Shown here one piece after another: positions 39,732-50,572 of a stretch of DNA of 64,000 nucleotides. Within the stretch, counting starts at the first letter, position 1; every line of letters starts with the position of its first letter. The stretch lies in NCBI RefSeq assembly GCF_030373185.1, contig NZ_JAUCZH010000002.1:290151-354150 (forward strand), read 5' to 3'. A model generated the notes under the pieces. It made no database searches. It worked only from the letters and a program-made list of their open reading frames with translations, and had not been told where the DNA came from. The position numbers and the translations under genes are program-made. Source of the stretch: Tabrizicola sp. Lineage in GTDB: Bacteria; Pseudomonadota; Alphaproteobacteria; Rhodobacterales; Rhodobacteraceae.

Positions 39732-40646
39732 ATGACCATTCTTCTTTCCATCTTCATCGGGCTGGGCCTGTTCTTCCTCGTGGGCTTTGCTGGCCGGACC
39801 GCCCTTCATGCGGCGGCACCGGCCCATCACAAGCCCATGTTCCGCGACATGCCGCTAACCGCATCCTTCGGGCTGGCGGTGATCGCGATCTATGTCGTCG
39901 TGGCCATCCTTGCCCCGGTCATCGCCCCCTTCGGCGAGGGGCAGGTTCTGGGCGCCGCCTATCAGCCATGGGCAGCCCCCCATTACCTTGGGACGGACAA
40001 GCTGGGCCGTGACATGCTGACCCGCCTGATCTACGGCGCGCGCAATACCGTGGGCATCGCCTTTGCCACCACCGCGCTGGCCTTTGTCCTCGGGTCGGTC
40101 CTTGGCATCTGGGCGGCCTTGGTGGGTGGCCGCCTCGACCAGTGGATGTCGCGCTTTGTCGATGCGCTGATGGCCATTCCGGCGCTGATCTTCTCGCTTC
40201 TGCTCCTGACAATCTTCGGCACCTCGGTCCTGACGCTGATCCTTGTGATCGCCGCCGTCGATGCCACCCGCGTCTACCGCCTGGCCCGATCCGTCGCCCA
40301 GGGCATCGTGGTGATGGATTACATCGAGGCAGCACGCCTGCGCGGCGAAGGCATGTGGCGCCTGATCCGGCGCGAGATTCTTCCCAATGCGATGGCACCT
40401 CTGGTGGCCGAGTTCGGGCTGCGCTTCTGCTTTGTCTTCCTGTCGATCTCGGCGCTGTCGTTCCTTGGCCTTGGCATCAAGCCCCCCACCGCCGACTGGG
40501 GCTCCATGGTGCGCGAGAATGCCACGCTGATCACTTTCGGGGACATCACGCCCTTGCTGCCCGCCGGGGCCATCGCGCTCTTGACCGTGGCGGTGAACTT
40601 CGTGGTCGACTGGCAATTGCACCGCGCCAGCGGGTTGAAGGAGTAA
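39732..40646 (+). CDS. DppC/OppC-like permease
   Basis: LGTDKLGRDMLTRLIYGAR, YIEAARLRGE, LSFLGLG, PPTADWG. Confidence 0.92.
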   Translation: MTILLSIFIGLGLFFLVGFAGRTALHAAAPAHHKPMFRDMPLTASFGLAVIAIYVVVAILAPVIAPFGEGQVLGAAYQPWAAPHYLGTDKLGRDMLTRLIYGARNTVGIAFATTALAFVLGSVLGIWAALVGGRLDQWMSRFVDALMAIPALIFSLLLLTIFGTSVLTLILVIAAVDATRVYRLARSVAQGIVVMDYIEAARLRGEGMWRLIRREILPNAMAPLVAEFGLRFCFVFLSISALSFLGLGIKPPTADWGSMVRENATLITFGDITPLLPAGAIALLTVAVNFVVDWQLHRASGLKE

Positions 40647-40650
40647 GCCC

Positions 40651-42267
40651 ATGGAAAAACCGGTGCTTCTGACCATCAAGGGCATGCAGATCGAGGGGCG
40701 GTCCGGCGATGCCTGGCACCCGATCATCAAGGGTGTGGACCTGACCCTGCACAAGGGCGAGGTTCTGGGCCTGATCGGGGAATCCGGGGCGGGCAAGTCG
40801 ACGCTGGGTCTGGCCGCAATGGGCTTTGCCCGTGACGGCTGCCGCATCTCGGGCGGGACCATCGACTTTGACGGCATCGACCTGCGGACGGCGCCCGAGG
40901 CGGCGCGCCGGGGACTGCGCGGCAAGCGCATCGCCTATGTCGCGCAATCGGCGGCAGCGAGCTTCAACCCTGCGCACAAACTGATCGACCAGTATTGCGA
41001 GGGGCCTGTCGTGCATGGCGTCATGTCACGCGAAAAGGCCGAGGCCGACGCGGTAGAGCTTTACCGCCGCATGCGCCTGCCAAACCCCGAGGAGATCGGG
41101 TTCCGCTATCCGCATCAGGTCTCGGGCGGGCAGTTGCAGCGGGCTATGACGGCGATGGCCATGGCCTGCCGGCCTGACCTGATCATCTTCGACGAACCGA
41201 CCACCGCGCTGGACGTTACCACCCAGATCGAGGTGCTGGCCGCGATCCGTGATATCGTGCGCCAGTTCGGCACCGCGGCCATCTACATCACCCATGACCT
41301 TGCCGTGGTCGCCCAGATGGCCGACCGCATCAAGGTGCTCTTGCGCGGCGACGAGGTGGAGGAGGCCGATACCCGGTCGATGCTGGCCGCCCCGCGCGAG
41401 GACTACACCAAAAGCCTCTGGGCCGTGCGGAGCTTTGCCCGCACCGAACAGCCGCCCGCGACCGGAACGCCCGTCGTCTCGGTGCGCAACGTGACTGCGG
41501 CCTATGGTACGGTCGATGTGCTGAAAAATGTCAGTTTTGACATCCACGCCCGCCGCACCGTGGCCGTGGTCGGCGAAAGCGGGTCGGGCAAATCCACCAC
41601 GGCGCGGGTGATCACAGGCCTTCTGTCGCCGCGAAAGGGCGAAGTGCTGTTCAACGGCAAACCCTTGCCCCCCAGCTTCAAGGCCCGCTCGCGCGAGGAG
41701 TTGCGCCAGTGCCAGATGATCTACCAGATGGCCGACACCGCGCTGAACCCGAAACTGCGCCTGCGAGAGTTGATCGGGCGACCGGCCGAGATGTATCTGG
41801 GCCTGAAGGGCAAGGCGCTGGAAACCCGTATCCGTGACCTTCTGGCGCTGATCGAACTGGAACCGGACAAGTATATCGACCGGCTGCCGGGCGAACTTTC
41901 TGGCGGCCAGAAACAGCGCATCGGCATCGCCCGCGCCCTTGCCGCCGAGCCGCAGCTGATCATCTGCGACGAGGTGACCTCTGCGCTCGACCAGATCGTG
42001 CAGGAAGGCATCCTGAAACTGCTCGACCGCCTGCAAGGCGAGCTGAACCTCGCCTACATGTTCATCACGCATGACCTCGCCACAGTGAAATCCATCGCCG
42101 ACGAGGTGGTGGTCATGCAACACGGCGCCGTGGTCGAACGCGGACCAAAGGCAGAGCTCTTTGCCGATCCGAAGGAAGACTACACAAACCTCCTTCTTTC
42201 CTCCGTCCCGGAAATGGACCCCGACTGGCTGAATCGGCTGCTGGCAGAACGGGGCGAACTTGCGTGA
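40651..42267 (+). CDS. Fused DppD/DppF double-domain ABC ATPase
   Basis: Two Walker A motifs (GESGAGKS, GESGSGKS) and two signature motifs (SGGQLQR, SGGQKQR). Confidence 0.93.
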   Translation: MEKPVLLTIKGMQIEGRSGDAWHPIIKGVDLTLHKGEVLGLIGESGAGKSTLGLAAMGFARDGCRISGGTIDFDGIDLRTAPEAARRGLRGKRIAYVAQSAAASFNPAHKLIDQYCEGPVVHGVMSREKAEADAVELYRRMRLPNPEEIGFRYPHQVSGGQLQRAMTAMAMACRPDLIIFDEPTTALDVTTQIEVLAAIRDIVRQFGTAAIYITHDLAVVAQMADRIKVLLRGDEVEEADTRSMLAAPREDYTKSLWAVRSFARTEQPPATGTPVVSVRNVTAAYGTVDVLKNVSFDIHARRTVAVVGESGSGKSTTARVITGLLSPRKGEVLFNGKPLPPSFKARSREELRQCQMIYQMADTALNPKLRLRELIGRPAEMYLGLKGKALETRIRDLLALIELEPDKYIDRLPGELSGGQKQRIGIARALAAEPQLIICDEVTSALDQIVQEGILKLLDRLQGELNLAYMFITHDLATVKSIADEVVVMQHGAVVERGPKAELFADPKEDYTNLLLSSVPEMDPDWLNRLLAERGELA

Positions 42268-43012
42268 TCTGTCGGGCCTTGCCGCCCTTGTAACCGGCGG
42301 GGCGTCGGGCCTTGGCCTTGCCACGGCACAAATCCTCGCCGCTGCGGGCGCCCGGGTCGCGGCCCTTGACCTGCGGCCGGGCGAGGCAAGACCCGGTGTC
42401 CTGCCCGTTGCCTGTAATGTGGCGGACGAAGCCTCGGTCATCGCGGCGCTCGATGTGGCACAGGCCGCGCATGGTGTGGCGCGGATCGTGGTGAATTGCG
42501 CGGGCATACCGGGCTCGATGCGTCTGGTCGGGCGCGAAGGACCGGTGGACATGGCCCGGTTTTCGCAGGTGATCGGCGTCAATCTTCTGGGCACGGTCAG
42601 CGTAATGACCAAGGCCGCGGCCCGGATGATGACACTGGACCCGCTCGACCCGGACGCCGAGCGCGGGGTCATCGTCAACACGTCCTCGATCACCGCTTAC
42701 GAGGGGCAGATCGGTCAGGGGGCCTATGTCGCCTCGAAGGGCGCGATTGCCGCCATGACGATCCAGGCGGCGCGGGAGTTCGCGGCCAAGGGTGTTCGGG
42801 TTCTGGCCATCGCGCCCGGGCTTTTCCACACGCCCATGGCCGCAGAAGTCCCGCCCGAGGTGGTGGAAGCGATCACATCGGACGCGATCTTCCCCCGTCG
42901 CTTTGGTGAGCCGGAAGACTTCGCCGACCTCTGCCTGTCGATGATCCGCAACCCGATGCTGAACGGCGAGGTGATCCGGCTGGACGCCGGGGTGAGGTTG
43001 CGGGCGCATTAA
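42260..43012 (+). CDS. SDR, type II 3-hydroxyacyl-CoA dehydrogenase (HSD17B10-like)
   Basis: TGGASGLG, VVNCAGI, RGVIVNTSS, QIGQGAYVASKG, NPMLNGEVIRLD. Confidence 0.85.
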   Translation: MRDLSGLAALVTGGASGLGLATAQILAAAGARVAALDLRPGEARPGVLPVACNVADEASVIAALDVAQAAHGVARIVVNCAGIPGSMRLVGREGPVDMARFSQVIGVNLLGTVSVMTKAAARMMTLDPLDPDAERGVIVNTSSITAYEGQIGQGAYVASKGAIAAMTIQAAREFAAKGVRVLAIAPGLFHTPMAAEVPPEVVEAITSDAIFPRRFGEPEDFADLCLSMIRNPMLNGEVIRLDAGVRLRAH

Positions 43013-43035
43013 GCTGGCCCCGAACGCAGTATAGC

Positions 43036-43071
43036 TTGCAGTCTGCGCCATAACACTTGCGGATTGCGCCA
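43036..43071 (-). promoter_or_regulatory. Tandem 15-bp repeats with 21-bp period (AraC-type sites)
   Basis: Minus strand TGGCGCAATCCGCAA (43071-43057) and TGGCGCAGACTGCAA (43050-43036). Confidence 0.55.
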
Positions 43072-43135
43072 GGACCGTTGAATTCGGCCCACTTCCGCCG
43101 CAAGTCGCAACCAGACAGCGAAGGGGATACATGGC

Positions 43136-44143
43136 ATGGCGCAGGCCCCGCACTACCGGATCGGCAGCCTAGTTCGCTTTGCGGCGGCCAGGCTTGGTCT
43201 TTCGACAGCCCGCATTCTGGCGCGTGCGGGCCTGGCGGACGACCACCTTCAGCATGAGACGCGCGGGGTCGACGCGCGCGGCTGGTTTTCAGTCATCAAC
43301 GCCATTGCCACCGAGGCCGGGTCGCCCGATGTCGCGCTGACCCTGGGGCGGGAGGCCGCCAAGGGGCCGCTTCAACCGGCGATTCTGGCCTTTGCCGCCA
43401 GCCCCACGGTGGGCGAGGGATTGAGCCGGATCCAGCTTTTCAAACCCCTCATCGCCCCGATACGGCTGGCAATTGCCAAAGATGCCGACGGGCTTGCAGT
43501 GGAATTCCGCTCGGCAGACCCCGCCTGCCCCATCGGCGCGGTGACCGCAACGATGGAGATTGCCTATTTCGTCGAACTCACCCGCATCCTGACGGCCCAT
43601 CCGGTCATCCCCCGGCTGATCACCCTGCCCGATGCCGCGCGGGCGACACCTGCCTTCCGCGCCTTTGTCGGCAGCCCGCTTGCGACCGGTCCGACAACCC
43701 GCATCCTTCTGTCGCGGGAAGACGCGGAGCGCCATATCATTTCGGCCGATACCGGACTGCGGCGGATCATTGAAGCCGAACTATTCGCACGGCTGAAGAC
43801 TGTCGAGGATCCCCTGGCGCTGGCGGTCAGAGTCCGTCGCGAGATTGGTGCTGGCCTCGCATCGGGCCGGGTGTCGATCGACCATCTCAGCCGCCGTCTG
43901 GGGACCAGCCGACGCAGTCTGCAACGCAAGCTGGCCGGGGAGGGTACCTCGTTTCAGACCCTTCTGGACGAGACCCGAACCGAACTTGCGCTGGCCTATC
44001 TGCAAGACCAGAAGCTGACCGCCGAGGAGACGAGCTATCTGCTTGGCTTTGGCGACCCCAATTCCTTTTACCGGGCGTTCCTGGGCTGGACCGGCATGAC
44101 TCCGGCCACAGCCCGTGCCGCTGTCAGCCGGCGATTGGCGTGA
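43136..44143 (+). CDS. AraC-family regulator (OruR/ornithine-type N-terminal domain)
   Basis: C-terminal double HTH: LSRRLGTSRRSLQRKL..EG, LLGFGDPNSFYRAF..WTG.TP. Confidence 0.9.
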   Translation: MAQAPHYRIGSLVRFAAARLGLSTARILARAGLADDHLQHETRGVDARGWFSVINAIATEAGSPDVALTLGREAAKGPLQPAILAFAASPTVGEGLSRIQLFKPLIAPIRLAIAKDADGLAVEFRSADPACPIGAVTATMEIAYFVELTRILTAHPVIPRLITLPDAARATPAFRAFVGSPLATGPTTRILLSREDAERHIISADTGLRRIIEAELFARLKTVEDPLALAVRVRREIGAGLASGRVSIDHLSRRLGTSRRSLQRKLAGEGTSFQTLLDETRTELALAYLQDQKLTAEETSYLLGFGDPNSFYRAFLGWTGMTPATARAAVSRRLA

Positions 44144-44171
44144 TCGGTTATACCGCTGGCACCATCCGCAA
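44136..44171 (+). promoter_or_regulatory. Tandem 15-bp repeats with 21-bp period upstream of the SDR
   Basis: TGGCGTGATCGGTTA (44136) and TGGCACCATCCGCAA (44157), the same motif as at 43036-43071. Confidence 0.55.
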
Positions 44172-44228
44172 TTGTCCGGTATCCGCCCCGCGCCTAGCTC
44201 GGTCTGGTCAGAAGCCAAAGGAGCAGAC

Positions 44229-45047
44229 ATGACCAGCACTATCCTTATCACCGGCGCATCCAGCGGGATCGGCAGGGCCGCCGCCCGGCATTTCCATGAC
44301 AAGGGCTGGAACGTGGTTGCCACCATGCGCCGCCCCGAAGCCGATACCGCCCTTGCCGGGCTGGAGCGGGTTCTCGTCACCCGTCTGGATGTCGAGGATG
44401 CGGGCTCGATCACCCCGGCAATCGCAGCGGGGATCGCCCGGTTCGGCCGGATCGACGCGCTTTTGAACAACGCGGGCTACGGTGCCTATGGGCCGCTGGA
44501 GGCCACCCCGCCGGAAAAGATCCGTCGTCAGTTTGATGTCAACGTGATCGGCCTTCTCGCCGTTACGCAAGCCGTGCTGCCGCACTTTCGCAGGCAGCGT
44601 TCCGGGCTGATCCTGAATGTCTCGTCGATCGGGGGGCGGATGACCTTTCCGCTTGGCAGCCTTTACCACGGCACCAAGTTCGCTGTCGAAGGTCTGTCCG
44701 AGGCCCTGCATTACGAACTTTTGCCGCTGGGCGTCAGGGTCAAGATCATCGAGCCGGGCATGGTGCGCACCGATTTCGCCGGGCGGTCCTTTGACTTCAG
44801 CAATGATCCGGGCCTGACCGAGTATCAGCCGCTGGTGCAGGCGCTGATGACGGCTATGCCCGAGATGGCCGCGCAGGCTTCGACCCCCGAAGCCATTGCC
44901 GCCGAAATCTATGCTGCTGCAACCGACCCCGAAGACCGCCTTCGGTATGCCGCCGGACCGGACGCGGTTCAGATGCTTGCGGCACGGCAAGCGACCGATG
45001 ACGCCACCTTCCTTGCCGGCCTTCGCGCGCAGTTCGGCCTTGCCTGA
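44229..45047 (+). CDS. Short-chain dehydrogenase/reductase
   Basis: AAGGAG RBS; TGASSGIG, NNAGYG, YHGTK, IEPG. Confidence 0.9.
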   Translation: MTSTILITGASSGIGRAAARHFHDKGWNVVATMRRPEADTALAGLERVLVTRLDVEDAGSITPAIAAGIARFGRIDALLNNAGYGAYGPLEATPPEKIRRQFDVNVIGLLAVTQAVLPHFRRQRSGLILNVSSIGGRMTFPLGSLYHGTKFAVEGLSEALHYELLPLGVRVKIIEPGMVRTDFAGRSFDFSNDPGLTEYQPLVQALMTAMPEMAAQASTPEAIAAEIYAAATDPEDRLRYAAGPDAVQMLAARQATDDATFLAGLRAQFGLA

Positions 45048-45072
45048 TGCGATTGGCGGACGGGCCTGGATC

Positions 45073-45405
45073 TCAGGCTCGCCCGCCAGAACCATAGGGC
45101 ATCCGGGGTGGACTGATTTCGCGAAGGGTGGACTGCACGAAGTCCAGAAGAAACCGGATCTTGGCCGGATGCGCCCTGGTCGCGGTGACGGCGTATACCG
45201 GGACCGGGCGGATTGACCAATCCGGCAGGAGGCGCGTCAGTTGGCATTCCGCGACAAAACCAGAGCCCGGTCTTGGGTGTCTTCTTCCAGGCGATGGGGG
45301 CCGAAGGCGTGTTCGAAGCCTGTGCAAAGGGGAACCGGCGTTGATGGCTTCGCCCGGACCCAAGGGCGCTGATCTTTTGGCGGCAGGGCGACGGTGCTGG
45401 CCCAT
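45073..45405 (-). pseudogene. C-terminal remnant of a CrgA/DmlR-type LysR regulator
   Basis: LTRLLPDWSIRPVPVYAVTATRAHPAKIRFLLDFV is a typical LysR C-terminus; no HTH upstream. Confidence 0.65.
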
Positions 45406-45459
45406 GCCTTGCCTTGGGCAAGCAATAGGGCAGCGTATTGGCCGGGTAGTTGACCAGAT

Positions 45460-46347
45460 TCAAGCCTGACCCTTGGCGACTTCCGCCAGAAGCCAGTCGC
45501 GAAACGGCGTGGCATCTGGGTGGCCAAGACCTTCGTCGGGCGTCAGGATGTAGAAGGACTCCTCCACCGGGACCGAAAGCGTGAAGGGCCGAACCAGACG
45601 TCCCGAGCGCAACTCGGTCGCGGACATTGAAGTCCGGCCCAATGCCACGCCGCCACCATGAGCGGCAACTTCATAAGCCATGAGAGAGGAATCGAAATGC
45701 GCCCCTGATCCGGCATTGATCCTTGTCACCCCGGCCGCCGCGAGCCAGGTCGCCCAGCCTTCCTGATAACCAAGGACATGCAACAGCCGTTCAGCTTCCA
45801 GATCTTCGGGCGAATGAAGTCGCTTTGCGATTTCGGGCGCGCAGAGCGGTTCAAGGCTCTCCCAGCTTACCCGGTCAGCCCGAATGCCCGGCCATTTTCC
45901 GGTTCCATAGCGGATGTCCAGATCGTACCGCTCGGTTTCAGCTTCTTCGGACCAGACAGACGAAACGATCCTGACCGGAATTTGCGGACAGTGATCCATG
46001 AAGGCTGGAAGCCGTTCGGCAATCCAGTTCACCGCCCAACCGATTGGCGCGCGCACGGTCAGGATGCCCTTGCGCCGACCGCCAAAGACTTCGAGCGTTC
46101 CAGCGGACAACCTTTCGAAGGCGTCGTTCACCTTGGGCAGATAGGCAGCTCCGGCTTTGGTGAGTATCAGGCTGCGCGGCAGCCGCTCGAACAGCGGCTC
46201 GCGCAGATAATGCTCCAGAAGTTTGACCTGCTTTGATATGGCCGCCTGCGTCAGGTGGAGCTCGGTGGCGGCGTTCGTGAAACTGAGGTGCCGCGCAGAG
46301 GCCTCGAACGCCCGCAGCCACGGCAGTGGTGGCATCTGATGTCCCAT
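45460..46347 (-). CDS. LysR-family regulator (GcvA-like), paralog of 5687-6589
   Basis: MPPLPWLRAFEASARHLSFT; shared LLHVLGYQEGW motif. Confidence 0.9.
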   Translation of the reverse strand: MGHQMPPLPWLRAFEASARHLSFTNAATELHLTQAAISKQVKLLEHYLREPLFERLPRSLILTKAGAAYLPKVNDAFERLSAGTLEVFGGRRKGILTVRAPIGWAVNWIAERLPAFMDHCPQIPVRIVSSVWSEEAETERYDLDIRYGTGKWPGIRADRVSWESLEPLCAPEIAKRLHSPEDLEAERLLHVLGYQEGWATWLAAAGVTRINAGSGAHFDSSLMAYEVAAHGGGVALGRTSMSATELRSGRLVRPFTLSVPVEESFYILTPDEGLGHPDATPFRDWLLAEVAKGQA

Positions 46348-46511
46348 GACAGCGATCTCCCTCCTTCACAGAGCGCCTGGCGTGTTGCCGGCCAATTCCT
46401 GGCCTGAAAGAGACGCAGGTCATATCGTGGGCGAAGCTTAGCCCCCTTTTTCGTCATGTGTAAGTTGGTCTTGATGGGGCTACCCTTCAGCGACAGTCAA
46501 AAGAGTCAGCC

Positions 46512-48119
46512 ATGGACCCACGCTTCGACCTGAACATTCGGCAGATCCTGCATGCGCCGGCCGGACGCAATCCTGATCAGGTGATCGTCGATGGAAGCGG
46601 TCAGGCGCGGACCTACCGGATTTTTCACGAACGGATTGCCCGTCTGGCTGCGCTTCTGGTCGGCCAGGGGCTTGGTGAAGGCAAGACCATCGCCGTGATG
46701 GACTGGGACACCTCGCGCTATCTGGAGTGCTTCTTCGCCATTCCGATGGTTGGGGCGACGCTGCACACGGTCAATATCCGACTGGCGCCCGAGCAGATCA
46801 TTTTCACGATCAATCACGCCGAAGATGACGCGATCCTTTGTCATGAGGATTTCCTGCCCATCCTCCTGCCTTTGCTATCCCGGGTCGAGCGGCCGGTGAA
46901 ACTGATCCTTCTTGCCGAAGGCAAGCCTGCGGCTGTGCCAGAGGGATTCATTGGCGAATATGAAACTCTTCTGGCGGAACAGCCGGTCGCTTTCGACTTT
47001 CCTGCCCTGCCCGAGGAGACAAGGGCGACCCTGTTTTACACCACCGGAACAACAGGCGATCCCAAGGGGGTGAGTTACACCCATCGCCAGTTGGTCCTGC
47101 ATACGCTTGCCCTCGCGGCTGACCTTGGCACGGTTCCCGGAAAAGGCGGCCTCAAACGCGATGACGTCTACATGCCGATCACGCCGCTGTTCCACGTCCA
47201 TGGCTGGGGCTTTCCCTATATCGCCACCTTCCTCGGCCTGAAGCAGGTCTATCCCGGCCGCTATGATCCCGCACGGCTGCTGGCTTTGATCCGGGACCAC
47301 GGCGTCACCTTCTCGCATTGCGTGCCGACGATCCTGGCCATGGTCATTGGAGCGCCCGAAGCGGCCGCCACCGACCTGACGGGATGGAAGGTGCTGATCG
47401 GTGGCTCTGCCTTGTCAGAAGGGCTGGCCGGTCAGGCGCGCGCGCATGGCATTGATGTGCATGCGGCCTACGGCATGTCCGAAACCTGCCCCTTCGTCAC
47501 GCATGCCGACATGGTGGCCAGCCAGACCAGCGATGACCTGACCCTCCGCACGGCAACGGGACGGCCGTCGCCCCTGGTCGAGGTTCGTGTGGTGGACCCG
47601 GACATGGCGGATGTCCCGAAGGATGGCGCGACCACTGGCGAGATCGTTGCCCGTGCGCCATGGCTGACCCAAGGCTATCTCAAGAACGTCAGCGCAAGTG
47701 CCGATCTCTGGCAGGGAGGCTGGCTGCATACGGGCGATGTCGGGCATCTGTCCCCGGATGGCACCTTGCGCATCACCGACCGGCTGAAGGACGTGATCAA
47801 GTCGGGCGGCGAATGGGTATCTTCTCTGACCCTTGAAAACCTTGCCTCCACCGTGCCGGGCCTGATCGAGGTCGCCGCCGTCGGGGTTCCAGACTCTCGC
47901 TGGGGCGAACGGCCGGTCCTTGTGGCGGTGATGGAGCCGTCAGATTCCGTCGGGACCGCCATCCGGCAAAAGATCAGCGCGGCAATCGAACGGGGCGAGT
48001 TGCCAAAATGGGCCAACCCGGACCGGATCTGTCGGGTTGCCGCCCTGCCCCGTACCTCGGTCGGAAAGATCGACAAGAAACGTATTCGCCAGATGCTGGA
48101 AAGCGGAGAAATCGCCTGA
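46512..48119 (+). CDS. Medium/long-chain fatty acid-CoA ligase (AlkK/DmdB2-related)
   Basis: [46 protein letters not shown]. Confidence 0.88.
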   Translation: MDPRFDLNIRQILHAPAGRNPDQVIVDGSGQARTYRIFHERIARLAALLVGQGLGEGKTIAVMDWDTSRYLECFFAIPMVGATLHTVNIRLAPEQIIFTINHAEDDAILCHEDFLPILLPLLSRVERPVKLILLAEGKPAAVPEGFIGEYETLLAEQPVAFDFPALPEETRATLFYTTGTTGDPKGVSYTHRQLVLHTLALAADLGTVPGKGGLKRDDVYMPITPLFHVHGWGFPYIATFLGLKQVYPGRYDPARLLALIRDHGVTFSHCVPTILAMVIGAPEAAATDLTGWKVLIGGSALSEGLAGQARAHGIDVHAAYGMSETCPFVTHADMVASQTSDDLTLRTATGRPSPLVEVRVVDPDMADVPKDGATTGEIVARAPWLTQGYLKNVSASADLWQGGWLHTGDVGHLSPDGTLRITDRLKDVIKSGGEWVSSLTLENLASTVPGLIEVAAVGVPDSRWGERPVLVAVMEPSDSVGTAIRQKISAAIERGELPKWANPDRICRVAALPRTSVGKIDKKRIRQMLESGEIA

Positions 48120-49303
48120 TGCGGGAAGCCGTCATCGTATCCTTTGCCCGTACGCCCATCGGGCTGGCCTACAAGGGCAGCCTGAACAACGTCAAATCCC
48201 CGACCCTTGCCGCCCATGCCATTTCGGCCGCGATCAGCCGGGCCGGGATAGATCCGGGCGAGGTCGAGGATCTGGTCATGGGAAGCGTCCTGACCGCAGG
48301 CACCGCCGCGATGAACCTTGGCCGTCTCGCCGCCCTTGCGGCAGGGCTTCCGGTCAGCGTTTCGGGCCAGACCGTGGACCGGCAATGCGCGTCGGGCCTT
48401 CAGGCCATCGCCATCGCGGCCCATGCCATCGAACAGGGCGGGATGGATGTCGTCATCGCGGCGGGGCAAGAGAATGTCTCGGCCATTCAGACGCCCTACT
48501 TTGATTGGGCCTTCCGCGACCTTGACCCGGCCGTAACCGCGCAGCAGCCGATGGCCTATCTGCCAATGCTCGATACGGCGGAGGCTGTCGCAAAGGTCTG
48601 GGGCGTCAGCCGTGAGGCACAGGACGAATTCGCGCTTCAATCGCAGCGGAAGGTCGCTGCGGCGCAGGAGGCGGGCCGGTTCGATGCCGAGATCGTGCCA
48701 GTGACGGCAACACGGTTGGTCAAGGACAAGGCTACCGGTGACCTTCGCTCCGAACTGGTCACGCTTTCCAAGGACGAAGGAAACCGCCCGCAGACCACCG
48801 CCGAAGGACTTGCCGCGCTGAAGCCAGTGCGCGACGGTGGCCTTGTCACCGCAGGCAATGCCAGTCAGTTGTCGGACGGGGCCGCAGCCATGGTCCTGAT
48901 GGAGCGCCGGGCTGCCGAGCGCCGCAATCTGCCGATCCTTGGGGCCTTGCGCATGATGGCGGTGGCGGGCTGTCCGCCCGAACACATGGGCATCGGCCCG
49001 ATCCACGCGGTTCCGCGCCTGATGCAACGCACAGGCCGCCGCGTCGCGGACATCGACCTTTGGGAGTTGAACGAGGCCTTTGCGGCGCAGGCCCTGCCAT
49101 GCATCGCCGAGCTTGGCCTTGATCCTGCCCGCGTGAATGTCGACGGCGGCGCGATCTCGGTTGGCCATCCTTACGGGATGACCGGGGTTCGGCTTGCCGG
49201 ACACGTCTTGCTGGAGGGCCGCAGCCGGGGTGCATCCCAAGGCGTCGTGACCATGTGTGTGGGTGGCGGGATGGGCGCCGCCGGCCTCTTCGAGATCGCA
49301 TGA
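48119..49303 (+). CDS. Acetyl-CoA C-acyltransferase (thiolase)
   Basis: [22 protein letters not shown]. Confidence 0.92.
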   Translation: MREAVIVSFARTPIGLAYKGSLNNVKSPTLAAHAISAAISRAGIDPGEVEDLVMGSVLTAGTAAMNLGRLAALAAGLPVSVSGQTVDRQCASGLQAIAIAAHAIEQGGMDVVIAAGQENVSAIQTPYFDWAFRDLDPAVTAQQPMAYLPMLDTAEAVAKVWGVSREAQDEFALQSQRKVAAAQEAGRFDAEIVPVTATRLVKDKATGDLRSELVTLSKDEGNRPQTTAEGLAALKPVRDGGLVTAGNASQLSDGAAAMVLMERRAAERRNLPILGALRMMAVAGCPPEHMGIGPIHAVPRLMQRTGRRVADIDLWELNEAFAAQALPCIAELGLDPARVNVDGGAISVGHPYGMTGVRLAGHVLLEGRSRGASQGVVTMCVGGGMGAAGLFEIA

Positions 49304-49499
49304 GGCACGGCATGACGAAATCGGGGCCTTAGCGTGAAAACCGGTTGTTTGAACTTCTGGTCAATGCTGGCCAACGTAGGGTCATGCAGACCGGGGGTCG
49401 GCCTGCAATCCCTGTCAGTTGATCTGGCACACCTTCCTGCCGATTGGGTGCCAATCCAGTCGGCAGGGGTTTTCAACAAGGCAAGCAAGGAAAAGGCAG

Positions 49500-50549
49500 A
49501 TGAAGTACGAAAGGATCACACCCACGTCGATCATTGCTGCGTTCCTCGCCATCCTCGGGACGCCGCTAATTGCCGAAACGCCCAGCGAAGGGTGCGGCAA
49601 GGCCGTTCCAGCGAGCGGCGCCTTCCAGTTGCCCGACGGGGAACAGACCCGGACCTGGCGGCTCCATGTTCCTGCCGGGGTCGACGCGGCCCAGCCTGCG
49701 CCGCTGGCGCTAATCTTCCATGGCTGGGGCGAGGATGAGAATGCGTTTCTAGATGTACCCGTCGTCACCGCCGAAGCCGACCTGAAGGGTTTTTACCTGG
49801 CAGCGGCGCGCGGGGTCGGATCGGAAGGCGGTGATGAAAGTTACAACTCCTGGACCTTCAGCGGCTCGGCCACCGGCATCGGTGGCGACGGTCAGCCCAT
49901 CTGCTCGGGCGCCGAGACGAACTATTCCTACAAGTCATGCGGCCCGTTGGGTGAAGGCGTGGCCCAGAACGGCTGTTCCTGGACCCAATGCCAGACCGAT
50001 GATGCGGCCTTTGTAAGCACCCTGATCGCCGAGATCGGCAAGTCGGCCTGCATCGACCTTGACCGGGTTTTCATGGCTGGCGGCTCGAATGGCGGGATGT
50101 TCACCTGGGACATGGGTCAAACCCCGGCCGTTGCCAGCCAACTTCGTGCCATCGCGCCGCTGATCGGGCTGCCGCATCGCGGCTTTCTGGAAGGACCCGG
50201 TCGGCCCGATGGGCTGCCGGTGCTGCTCATTACCGGCGTGGACGATCCGACCGTTCCGCCTGGCACATGGGACGAGACCGGGTTCACAACCACCGCTGAC
50301 ACGGATCTCTACCACTACACCGGTGCCGGGGCGATCACCGATGTCTGGGCTAATGCGCAGGGCTGCACCGCCGAGTTGGCGAAGGTCGACTTCGGGGCAG
50401 AAGGCATCGAATGCCGCTCTTCTTGCGCACCGGACGGGTCGGGGCTGCCACCTGTTCTCGATTGCCGGGCGAACATGGCACATGACTACGACCTGGAAAA
50501 AACCTGGCCGATGATCCTGGATTTCTTCGCAAACCAGCCCCCCCGCTGA
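49500..50549 (+). CDS. Exported esterase, LpqC/PHB-depolymerase-like
   Basis: Signal peptide; FHGWG, DDAAFV, GGSNGG nucleophile, DPTVP, C-terminal His (MAHDY); Cys-rich. Confidence 0.75.
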   Translation: MKYERITPTSIIAAFLAILGTPLIAETPSEGCGKAVPASGAFQLPDGEQTRTWRLHVPAGVDAAQPAPLALIFHGWGEDENAFLDVPVVTAEADLKGFYLAAARGVGSEGGDESYNSWTFSGSATGIGGDGQPICSGAETNYSYKSCGPLGEGVAQNGCSWTQCQTDDAAFVSTLIAEIGKSACIDLDRVFMAGGSNGGMFTWDMGQTPAVASQLRAIAPLIGLPHRGFLEGPGRPDGLPVLLITGVDDPTVPPGTWDETGFTTTADTDLYHYTGAGAITDVWANAQGCTAELAKVDFGAEGIECRSSCAPDGSGLPPVLDCRANMAHDYDLEKTWPMILDFFANQPPR

Positions 50550-50572
50550 CAGCCATATGACCGGAGTTTCAA

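Noticed and set aside
49420-49445. Sigma-54 promoters (TGGCAC at about 49424 and about 31514)
   Set aside because: GG-to-GC spacing is not the required N10 in either case.
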